Assembly: GCA_002840365.1 (NCBI GenBank)
Contig: PHAO01000001.1
Location: forward strand, 524,360-588,359
Length of the DNA: 64,000 nt
Direction of reading: 5' to 3'
Origin: Candidatus Dojkabacteria bacterium HGW-Dojkabacteria-1
GTDB lineage: Bacteria; Patescibacteriota; Dojkabacteria; SC72
Below, piece by piece: positions 55,963 through 64,000 of this stretch. The translations under genes and the position numbers were made by a program. The notes beneath the pieces are model-generated. The model was not told the origin of the DNA. It saw nothing but the letters and a program-made list of their open reading frames with translations, and made no database searches. Each line of letters starts with the position of its first letter. Positions within the stretch are counted from its first letter, which is position 1.

Positions 55963-57619
55963 TCGAGAACTTCTTTAGTAAATTTATAAAGTGGTAGGAA
56001 TCAGATATATTTGCAGAATGAGTTGTATATTCTTCCTGTGTATCAATGATTGTAAAATATCCATATTCACTTAGCTTTTGTAAAGACTTTGGATTGTTGT
56101 TACTAAATGGTGAGAATCTCCAATTTTCATAGGTTACAATTTTACTGGAACCAGGACTCTCAAAGTAATGCCTATAAAAGATATCTGCCAAAAGATTTTT
56201 TGCTTCATTAGTTCTGTACCCAAGAAGAGATTCTGCACATATGAGTTTCTCAGCCATAGTTACTTCACAATATGGATTTGATGGGTCTGTATCACATATG
56301 CTAGGTATTTTTTGAATTTCAGGATAAAGAAGCTCCATGTCTGATAGAAGAGAATCATTTGGATATTCAGAATATATATCCTTGGCAGATCTCATTTGAT
56401 AGCACTGAGGTAATATTCCACCTTTTTCTGCAAGAATTACCTTTCCTTTTTGGTAATAAGAGAGGATTTCTGTATCCGTAAATCTTGTATCGTTTGATTC
56501 CATTAAATCCGCAATTTTGTTAAATTCAATCATTTCTGATGATATCCCAAAAAGATACCCCCTTAATATGGAGTTTTTTGTGTATCCTGAAAAGGTGTTA
56601 GCAGTAGAATCATATTTCTGTATACCCTTATTTAATGTTTGTTTACAATATTCATAGGCATGATTTTTTACACTAATACATTCGTTTGTATTACACTCTT
56701 TGAGATTTGATATTGTATATGAAGCGACTTTACAATTCTGAAAATATGCTTCTCCATAGTTGTCACCAGAGATATAGTTTGAAATATTTCCAATATACTC
56801 AGGGATATCTATTACCTGAGAATCATAAATTGCAGAAACTCCAGAGAGTAGAGTAAATACCACTGGAAGATTCATTTGTGATTCTTGAGCATTGGTAACA
56901 AAGTTTGATGCAAAGCTAAATGTTCCATCACTTCTTGATATTTGACCTGAGATGAATCTAAAGCTTGTTGGATTGAAGTATCCAAAATCATCCGTCATAA
57001 AGAAGTAGGTTAATTTGTTAATCAATTCTTCTTTATCAAAGCCTTCAAAATATTCAACTTTCTCAGATACTTCCGTAGATGGAATTTCCATTGTCCAAAG
57101 ATATACATTCCTGTTTACTTCACAATTTCCTCTACCACATGATAAATCTAACTTAAACATATCTGAATATATCTTCTTTACTGTACATACAGAATATTCG
57201 GTAAAATACCTTATATTCTGAGGTATATTGTATTCAAGTTTTAATATTGCAGAAGTGCCACTTTCGATTTCGTTAAGGGCAACTCTTCCTTCATACTTAC
57301 CCTTAGGTAAAGAGTATTCGAAAGAATCTGTATTACCACTTACAGAAAAAGCTGGGAATAGAGTCATTACCATTGAATCTCCTGTCTCACGTATATTTTC
57401 AACCCTAATGGGGAAGGAGTATATTATCTTGTTACCATCTCTTTCAGGAAAATCATTTCTAACATTGTTTGCTAAAATATCCTCTTCTAGATTAACAAAC
57501 ATTGTCAAATGACTCCCATTTGATGTTTTCATAAGGTAGAAGGTGTATGACAAAAAGCCGATAAAGAATACAAGTATTACAATTGGTATAGTTATCAATA
57601 TTTTCTTTAAGGCAGTCAT
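55955..57619 (-). CDS. hypothetical membrane-anchored protein
   Basis: 554-aa ORF with an N-terminal TM and several Cys. Confidence 0.6.
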   Translation of the reverse strand: MTALKKILITIPIVILVFFIGFLSYTFYLMKTSNGSHLTMFVNLEEDILANNVRNDFPERDGNKIIYSFPIRVENIRETGDSMVMTLFPAFSVSGNTDSFEYSLPKGKYEGRVALNEIESGTSAILKLEYNIPQNIRYFTEYSVCTVKKIYSDMFKLDLSCGRGNCEVNRNVYLWTMEIPSTEVSEKVEYFEGFDKEELINKLTYFFMTDDFGYFNPTSFRFISGQISRSDGTFSFASNFVTNAQESQMNLPVVFTLLSGVSAIYDSQVIDIPEYIGNISNYISGDNYGEAYFQNCKVASYTISNLKECNTNECISVKNHAYEYCKQTLNKGIQKYDSTANTFSGYTKNSILRGYLFGISSEMIEFNKIADLMESNDTRFTDTEILSYYQKGKVILAEKGGILPQCYQMRSAKDIYSEYPNDSLLSDMELLYPEIQKIPSICDTDPSNPYCEVTMAEKLICAESLLGYRTNEAKNLLADIFYRHYFESPGSSKIVTYENWRFSPFSNNNPKSLQKLSEYGYFTIIDTQEEYTTHSANISDSYHFINLLKKFSNE

Positions 57620-57649
57620 TTAAATATTCTGTTTGAAGTTACTGTTTTC

Positions 57650-58036
57650 TTAACCTAGGAATTTATCTAATTCCTTCATTAATCCCTCATAGTCTAGGTC
57701 TGTCTTTACAAGATATGAGGATGCTCCAATGTTAAAGGCTTCTTTTACTACTGATTCACTGGTCATATTGGTAAGAATAATGATTGGCATTGTACCGTAT
57801 TTTTCTTCATTCCCTTTAACTGTTTTTAGCACTTCCAAACCATCTACTCCTGGCATCATAAGGTCGAGTAGAACAAGATCTATCTGTCCTACGTTATTAG
57901 CCAATATATCCAATCCTTGATATCCATCAAGCGCTTTTAATGGTGTAAAACCAGCTGCTTGTACCAACTCTGCATATGAATCTAGTAAGGGAGCCTCATC
58001 CTCAACTATTAAAATCTTTCTAACTTGATCAGCCAT
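57650..58036 (-). CDS. single-domain CheY-like response regulator
   Basis: ILIVEDE, LLDLMMPGVDGLEVL, IILTN, YLVK. Confidence 0.92.
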   Translation of the reverse strand: MADQVRKILIVEDEAPLLDSYAELVQAAGFTPLKALDGYQGLDILANNVGQIDLVLLDLMMPGVDGLEVLKTVKGNEEKYGTMPIIILTNMTSESVVKEAFNIGASSYLVKTDLDYEGLMKELDKFLG

Positions 58037-58053
58037 TTCTATATTTATTTAAA

Positions 58054-59031
58054 TTAATTATTTGGTCTTAGTGTACCTATATTGTAAATAGTATAGTCGA
58101 AAAGAGATGAGTATCCAAGGCTATCTACACCTGGAACCATAATTTGTTTCTCTCTAAAGGAACCATAACAGTTAACTGCGGCATTCACTTTCATATATGT
58201 AAATTTCTTTGCTGAACAAATAGGATTTGTTGGGAAGCTATGTGCAACACCTAATGTAAGATTTAATGGAATTATCCTTATTTGATACAAAGGATATCCA
58301 CCCCTAGATCTATTAAGATTAATTGTTAATTTTTTCCCCGCTTCAAGTCCATTAAAAGAACCTATTGGTGCAGCAATACCAGTTAGATCGCCAGCACTAC
58401 AGGAATCCCCATTTGGTTTAAAACAGTACGCCTTTATATCGTCTGTTGTTCCGTCATTTTGATATTCTGCAATTTCATCACTGCTATTTCCATATATTTC
58501 CTTTATTGCAAATATTGTTGGTGCATTATCCCTTGCTTCGAATTGTAAAACCATATTACATGGGTTTACAGTATATGAATTATCTTTTAAATTGAACACT
58601 CTCGTTGATCCTACTCTTACATCTACAAAATCAGTTGGTTCAGCTTCTGCTATTGTTAATTTCAAATTTGAACTTGGGTTGTTCTCAATATGATACTGAC
58701 ACCAATTTTGTTGTTCTAAAATACTAGAATCGACTCCATATTCATCTAATATTGATTTAATATCTGCAATACTTGTGTATTCTTTTGTTCCCTCTTGTTG
58801 AACTTTTACCGATAAATCTTGAAGGAATTGAAACTCTGCTCTGACAAACAAGTCTAGTAGACTATCTGCTTGCTCAATTGCCATCATAGAATCTTTGGTA
58901 TTTATAGCAGCTTCTTTGTTTTTTAATGTTCTTGAATACAAAGATGCCCCCAGTACAGTAGCTACAACAAGTATAACCATAATAATAGCGATAGCTTGTG
59001 CAGGATACATTCTTTTAAAACTATTTCCCAT
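58054..59031 (-). CDS. PilX-like minor pilin
   Basis: A|QAIAIIMVILVV helix, A..QADS. Confidence 0.55.
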   Translation of the reverse strand: MGNSFKRMYPAQAIAIIMVILVVATVLGASLYSRTLKNKEAAINTKDSMMAIEQADSLLDLFVRAEFQFLQDLSVKVQQEGTKEYTSIADIKSILDEYGVDSSILEQQNWCQYHIENNPSSNLKLTIAEAEPTDFVDVRVGSTRVFNLKDNSYTVNPCNMVLQFEARDNAPTIFAIKEIYGNSSDEIAEYQNDGTTDDIKAYCFKPNGDSCSAGDLTGIAAPIGSFNGLEAGKKLTINLNRSRGGYPLYQIRIIPLNLTLGVAHSFPTNPICSAKKFTYMKVNAAVNCYGSFREKQIMVPGVDSLGYSSLFDYTIYNIGTLRPNN

Positions 59032-59051
59032 ATATAAAAATTAACAATTAA

Positions 59052-59750
59052 CTAATACCAAGTCAAACCCTGCGATGAAACAGTAATTTGCCTTGTTATT
59101 TCTTTATTAACAGGGACACTAAACCCTGTAGGCCAATTTACGGGTGTAACGACAGAATTGATTATAAACATGTTGTCAGCGTCATCTCCAACAACTAGAT
59201 ACTCTACACTGAAATCCACAACATTGACTGTATAACTGTGTAGTACTGCTACATATGAATTTGCTCTTTCTGAGTTAAAACATTCATAAGGGTCACTCAT
59301 ATTGTAATTTGTTGTTTTCAATAGGTATCCAATCGTTGGATCATCTTTGTCTTTAAAAAAACCTATACAACTCCAAACATTGTAGCCATATGATCTAACA
59401 TGCATTTCATTTGCTGGAGTACCAATTAAGAGAGTAGGGTTATCATATACATTTCCTACACTTTGTATATCCTCGACTTTCATTGTTTCCTTATTGAACG
59501 CTCTTACTGTATTTGAATTGTATAAGGTTATATCACCGACATTAGAATTTCCAAGAGATCTGTTCATGAGTTCCATCATGAAGTTAACATCATTTCTTGC
59601 TTGATTTTTGTTATTTGCAACAAGAGATACTTTTATCAATGTTGTTAATGTTGTAGCAACAAGTAAGGTAATAATTCCTAAGATTGCTATTGTTAGCAAC
59701 ATCTCAACCAAGCTAAATCCTTCGTATTTTTTATTTTTTGTAAGAATCAT
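59052..59750 (-). CDS. PilW-like minor pilin
   Basis: EG|FSLVEMLL. Confidence 0.8.
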   Translation of the reverse strand: MILTKNKKYEGFSLVEMLLTIAILGIITLLVATTLTTLIKVSLVANNKNQARNDVNFMMELMNRSLGNSNVGDITLYNSNTVRAFNKETMKVEDIQSVGNVYDNPTLLIGTPANEMHVRSYGYNVWSCIGFFKDKDDPTIGYLLKTTNYNMSDPYECFNSERANSYVAVLHSYTVNVVDFSVEYLVVGDDADNMFIINSVVTPVNWPTGFSVPVNKEITRQITVSSQGLTWY

Positions 59751-60292
59751 AGATTTATTATCGCAAAGTATTGATAGTCCCTAATATCAGTAGTAGTACT
59801 AAACATTCCTTCTACTTTGTTGAATCCTACTATAACTTTTATTAACATTTTTTTGGTCCCACTCGGTTGGTTAGAAGCTATACAGATTATCCTAAAGTAA
59901 TCTTCTTCGTTATCATTAACACCATCATCAATTACCGCATCTACTTTGTATGTCTCTCTTTCACCAATTTGATATGATTGAGTTTTATCTATTTCATAGT
60001 TATCCTCTGATTTTCTTAATATGTAGCATCTATCTTTTTGAAGCTGAGTCGGTGCAAAATACTCACTATCTTCCTTTAGCCTTTCTCTATTTGCAATATT
60101 CTGAACAATTACTGCAGCAGATCTTGCTTGATGAGCCTGTGCGTCTTCAATATCTAGTCTTACTAATTCTCTCATAGCTACAACTGAGATATTAATTAGT
60201 ACTGTAGCAACGATACCGGAAACCATAATGGCGATTAGCGCTTCTACAAATCCTAAAGCTTCATATTTTGTATTTAGTTCTACTTTTTTCAT
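59747..60292 (-). CDS. PilV-like minor pilin
   Basis: EA|LGFVEALIAI. Confidence 0.6.
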   Translation of the reverse strand: MKKVELNTKYEALGFVEALIAIMVSGIVATVLINISVVAMRELVRLDIEDAQAHQARSAAVIVQNIANRERLKEDSEYFAPTQLQKDRCYILRKSEDNYEIDKTQSYQIGERETYKVDAVIDDGVNDNEEDYFRIICIASNQPSGTKKMLIKVIVGFNKVEGMFSTTTDIRDYQYFAIINL

Positions 60293-61029
60293 CTTTCTTC
60301 AATATCATGAGATACTGCACCAGAGAGAGGATATACTTTAATTACATCCGCTATCATTCCTCTATTTCTTAATATTTCTACTGCAAATAGCTTGTTGGGT
60401 ATATATACACCGTTTGGACTATAGCTAACAGGCATACCATCACTATCATACAGAAAGACTCTACCAGTTACTGTTTCAAAAACTATATATGAAGCATCTC
60501 CGATAAGGGCGATATTAAATCCTGCATGTATTTTACCCTCTTCTATACCTGGCATAATCGTTAGGTATGAAGAGATTGGAATATCAGGAAATCCAGCATT
60601 TCTATTACAAAGACTACTTGGCTCCCACTCATCTAGTGGTAATTTGGCATTGGGTCCATATGGAGTAGGGACTCCGATAATCTGTCCTGAGTCATATGCA
60701 AGGATTTCAGATCTTGTCCTTATATCCCCATATGCTGTAAATGGAGAACACCATTTAAAGAAAGTGTATTTGCCATCAGAGATTTCTGTAAAATCAATAC
60801 CTATACCATATATCCATCCTTCACCATCTCTCTTTTCTAAAAGCATTGCCTTTTGTTGTACCAATTGTAAATCCTGCTTTATTTCTTCAATGTTCTGTTT
60901 TACTAGAACAGAATCCCTCAATCCACTAAAGGAATATGCACCAATACCTCCTAATATGATTACTATCATGAGAACAACCAAGACCTCGGCGAGAGTATAG
61001 CCTTGATACTGGGCAGACTTTTTTCTCAT
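60289..61029 (-). CDS. FimT-like minor pilin
   Basis: QG|YTLAEVLVV, DL..VQQKA, YGI. Confidence 0.75.
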   Translation of the reverse strand: MRKKSAQYQGYTLAEVLVVLMIVIILGGIGAYSFSGLRDSVLVKQNIEEIKQDLQLVQQKAMLLEKRDGEGWIYGIGIDFTEISDGKYTFFKWCSPFTAYGDIRTRSEILAYDSGQIIGVPTPYGPNAKLPLDEWEPSSLCNRNAGFPDIPISSYLTIMPGIEEGKIHAGFNIALIGDASYIVFETVTGRVFLYDSDGMPVSYSPNGVYIPNKLFAVEILRNRGMIADVIKVYPLSGAVSHDIEER

Positions 61030-61076
61030 CTTATACTGTTTATAACTAAGTTACATACAGATTAACAAAAAATGTG

Positions 61077-61646
61077 TTACTTGTTAACAGCAAAACCTCT
61101 CTTTAAATACCAGTCAGAAGCATCAAAGCCCCTGATTATATTAACATCGGCAACATCCCCACTGTTTACTGATCCAACATACTTTTTCTTTATCGGATTT
61201 CCTACAGGTTGATTACCAATTCCATCACCAGTACAGTAGTGTCCTTTATTATTCTCATCATCTATACCACCCAAAGATACACATACAACAACAAATTGAG
61301 CGGAGATTGGTTCTACATAGTAATAGTAGGTCGCGTCTGTACCACCATCGAATACATCTTTTTCAAAATACCCTTTTATGGCTGGAATTGTTCCTTTGAA
61401 TCCCAAGGCTTCTGCAAAAAATTGTTCCTGAATACAGCCCGAACAACTCCCCATTCTTGGGTATTCCTTATTATCCAACTTGTATTTGACTAGTGCATTG
61501 TATAGCTGTTCTGCTGCATCTTGATGTTGTATTCTATCTGCCCTCTCTAATGCATATCTTCCAACAGCAATCCCTATTGCCATGAGAATAATTAAGATCC
61601 CCATTACAATCAATACTTCAATCAATGTAAAACCTTTGTATCTCAT
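61077..61646 (-). CDS. type IV pilin (paralog of 62481-63050)
   Basis: KG|FTLIEVLIVMGIL; shared GGTDAT.YYYVEP and YCTG. Confidence 0.85.
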   Translation of the reverse strand: MRYKGFTLIEVLIVMGILIILMAIGIAVGRYALERADRIQHQDAAEQLYNALVKYKLDNKEYPRMGSCSGCIQEQFFAEALGFKGTIPAIKGYFEKDVFDGGTDATYYYYVEPISAQFVVVCVSLGGIDDENNKGHYCTGDGIGNQPVGNPIKKKYVGSVNSGDVADVNIIRGFDASDWYLKRGFAVNK

Positions 61647-62407
61647 ATAAATAGAATTTTTTCTAAGATAAGGAATAATTGCTCTTTAAATATTAACACT
61701 AATGAGAAGGAAATGAACATAAGGGGAAGTAGGGGTATAGAGGTTCTTATAGTGGCTTTCTTAAGAGCTATTAAAATTAAAGAATATATTAGAGCTATAA
61801 ATAGGAATACATACAAGAAGGAAAGGTAGAAGGGTAGAGAAAGTAAAAAGCCAAGAGAAAACATTACAAGAAGATCTCCTAAGCCAAATTTTTTCTTAAG
61901 AGTCTTACTCAGGAGAAAAACAAAAGATGCAAAAATTGTTGCAAATATAATTGAATTCTCCTGTATTTCTTTATAAACAACTGTATATATTACAAAAGAT
62001 ACAAAAGAGTATAGTAGGAATATATGTACAATATCTTTTGGAATTCCTTTGTATATCCTGTCAAAATATGACATAGAAAAGAAAAATAGTATCAATATGT
62101 AGAAGGTAATAGGAAGAGAGAAATAGTAAATTGAAGCGATAGATAGTCCTAGGAAAAATTCTGTAATAGGGTAATAAAGTGGTACTTTGTAACCACATTG
62201 GGTGCATTTTGCCTTAAATATGAAAAAGGAGAGTATTGGTATTAGTTCATACCAATGTAGCTGTTTATTACATTTTTCACAATGAGAACCCTTTAAAAAT
62301 ATCTCTGGATATTTATATCCGTTATCTATTCTATATAGTAGGGCATTCAAAAAACTCGCTACTGCTAATCCAAGAAAAAATATTACAACTGTTATATATA
62401 AATGCAT
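61643..62407 (-). CDS. pilD: prepilin peptidase (PilD/A24A)
   Basis: SFLNALLYR, SHCEKC..LIPILSF..KCTQC, FD, GLGD, IPLLP. Confidence 0.88.
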   Translation of the reverse strand: MHLYITVVIFFLGLAVASFLNALLYRIDNGYKYPEIFLKGSHCEKCNKQLHWYELIPILSFFIFKAKCTQCGYKVPLYYPITEFFLGLSIASIYYFSLPITFYILILFFFSMSYFDRIYKGIPKDIVHIFLLYSFVSFVIYTVVYKEIQENSIIFATIFASFVFLLSKTLKKKFGLGDLLVMFSLGFLLSLPFYLSFLYVFLFIALIYSLILIALKKATIRTSIPLLPLMFISFSLVLIFKEQLFLILEKILFI

Positions 62408-62431
62408 ACTCCATTATATATATAACTCTCT

Positions 62432-62460
62432 AAAAGAAAACCCCCTCAAAGGAGGGGGTT
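62432..62460 (-). terminator. Rho-independent terminator after pilin
   Basis: AACCCCCTC/GAGGGGGTT stem followed on the minus strand by TTCTTTT. Confidence 0.8.
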
Positions 62461-62480
62461 AAGATTACTAAGAAATCAGC

Positions 62481-63050
62481 TTAGGATGGTGCGCTCCATG
62501 ATTTTGAGCTACCTACCCAGTTTTGAGTAAGTGACCAACTTCCCACAGCTCCTGGATTGTCATGATTCAAGGTAGTACTATTTTCAACATCTTTTGTTGT
62601 GATGGAACCTGGTCCTGAAGCAGCTAATCCAAATGCATTTCCTGTACAGTAGAAGCCTCTTCTAGTCGCATCAGCATGTCCACCTTTTGATACACAAATC
62701 ATTACTTCCTGTTGCCTATTAGGTTCTACATAGTAATAGAAGGTTGCATCTGTTCCACCAGTAAATTCACCGTCTCCCATATATGTATTTATACAGTTAA
62801 GGGATGGTCCTGGAGTACAGTTTCTTGCCATCGAGTCACCAAAGCTTGCAATAGTAGGGAACTCTCTATTATCTGTATAGTATGCTTGGAGTGCAGTATA
62901 TATCTGGTCCGCAGCATTTTGATGTGCTACATCATTAGCTCTATTGATAGCAAATCTACCTGCAGTAATACCTACAGCCATAAGGATTATAAGGATACCC
63001 ATGACGATAAGCATTTCTACGAGTGTAAATGCTGAATATTTTCTATCCAT
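62481..63050 (-). CDS. type IV pilin (probable major pilin of locus 2)
   Basis: SA|FTLVEMLIVMGIL; has its own terminator. Confidence 0.85.
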   Translation of the reverse strand: MDRKYSAFTLVEMLIVMGILIILMAVGITAGRFAINRANDVAHQNAADQIYTALQAYYTDNREFPTIASFGDSMARNCTPGPSLNCINTYMGDGEFTGGTDATFYYYVEPNRQQEVMICVSKGGHADATRRGFYCTGNAFGLAASGPGSITTKDVENSTTLNHDNPGAVGSWSLTQNWVGSSKSWSAPS

Positions 63051-63109
63051 ATTAGGTTAAAAAGTATAAATAATTTATATAAATTAAATGTAATTTATCT
63101 AAATAAAAA

Positions 63110-64000
63110 TTACACAATGGTTGTAACAATGTCAACAACCATTGTCATAACATCTGACAATTGGAACATAGGCATATATACTGCGAGAGCTATAAATGCG
63201 ATAACTAGTCCCATTACTATAAGAAATACTGGTTCTAATGTAGTAGACATATTTGATGTTGCAACATCTACTTCATCTTTGTAATATTCTGCTACTTTGT
63301 TTAATACATTGTCTAACTCTCCTGTTTCTTCTCCTACTGCAATCATGCTACTTACAATTAATGGAAAGTACTCACTTCTTGCAACTGGTATCGCAAGGGA
63401 GCCTCCTTTCTCTACATCATTTCTAGATTCTAGTACTACTTCTTTAAACATTTGATTGCTTAAAGATTGGGCTGTTAATTCTAGCGCTCTAATAATTGAC
63501 AGACCACTACTTAGAAGTAGGGCAAGTATTCTTGTAAATTGTGCTAATTGCATCTTTGTAACAATATTTCCTACAATCGGTAGCTTAAGCATTACTTTGT
63601 CTTTGTTTCTTTTACCTGTTGGTGTATCAAAGTATGCTTTACCACCGAAGATAAGGATTGCAATAATTAGTAGTAATGCCCACCAATATGCAAGCGTGAA
63701 GTTACTAAGATTTATAAGAAATGTTGTTACCCAAGGAAGATCTGCTCCGAATTCAGAATATATTTCTGCCATTGATGGTACAAGAACAAACATGAGTAAT
63801 GCTACAACTGCAACAATAACTACTAAGATAATAACTGGGTATATTAGGGCTCCCCTAAGTTTGTCATTCAATTTTTTACTCTCTTCTAATTCCACTGCTA
63901 ATTTTGTAAGAATTATATCTAAATTACCACTAGATTCTCCCGCTTCAATAAGGTTTAAAGTAATGTCATCAAAGACTTCACCTGCTTGTCTGAAAGAATC
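63110..64000 (-). CDS. pilC: PilC/GspF platform protein (5' partial)
   Basis: Frame is open to the window edge; EAGESSGNL, ALIYP, VGEETGEL, LEP, YMPMFQL. Confidence 0.9.
   Translation of the reverse strand, partial: DSFRQAGEVFDDITLNLIEAGESSGNLDIILTKLAVELEESKKLNDKLRGALIYPVIILVVIVAVVALLMFVLVPSMAEIYSEFGADLPWVTTFLINLSNFTLAYWWALLLIIAILIFGGKAYFDTPTGKRNKDKVMLKLPIVGNIVTKMQLAQFTRILALLLSSGLSIIRALELTAQSLSNQMFKEVVLESRNDVEKGGSLAIPVARSEYFPLIVSSMIAVGEETGELDNVLNKVAEYYKDEVDVATSNMSTTLEPVFLIVMGLVIAFIALAVYMPMFQLSDVMTMVVDIVTTIV

Noticed and set aside
248-63035. Numerous 60-170 aa antisense ORFs in the track (e.g. 15597-16118, 23041-23481, 48646-49122)
   Set aside because: They are shadows of well-supported genes on the opposite strand and have no motifs of their own.
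1-64000. Integrase, transposase, prophage, rRNA or reverse transcriptase genes
   Set aside because: No recognisable motifs in any ORF, so any recombinase for the cassette array must be encoded outside this window.

Overview
Low-GC bacterial chromosome segment using the standard genetic code (TGA is used as a stop). The gene content suggests a Patescibacteria/CPR organism, possibly Dojkabacteria- or Microgenomates-like; this is inference. It carries housekeeping genes (rsmD-like, thrS-infC-rpmI-rplT, pheST, PBP1A, hisS, mutS, tig, clpP, dus, rpmF-nusB-rnc-rpsP-khpA), tRNA-Val(GAC), a sortase, and two minus-strand type IV pilus loci (29.4-36.2 kb and 46.9-64 kb). Most notable signals: (1) an integrase-free, integron-like array of small gene cassettes downstream of tRNA-Val, delimited by three 35-bp direct repeats that each end in a copy of the tRNA 3' end, with MazG-like, UDG-like, Pcp-like and ART-like cargo plus a ~118-nt tRNA-like structured RNA; (2) an unannotated 25-aa CxxC peptide coupled to a radical SAM/SPASM-type enzyme (candidate RiPP) between rplT and pheS; (3) a GNAT-like + PLP decarboxylase + multi-TM histidine kinase operon (candidate signal synthase/receptor); (4) a leaderless Thr-Thr uORF with a hairpin upstream of thrS; (5) a PEP-synthase-like protein with the phospho-His replaced by Asp; (6) paralogous pilus-linked secreted proteins with a variable-copy six-Cys repeat. 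All family calls come from motif recognition by eye; no database searches were run.
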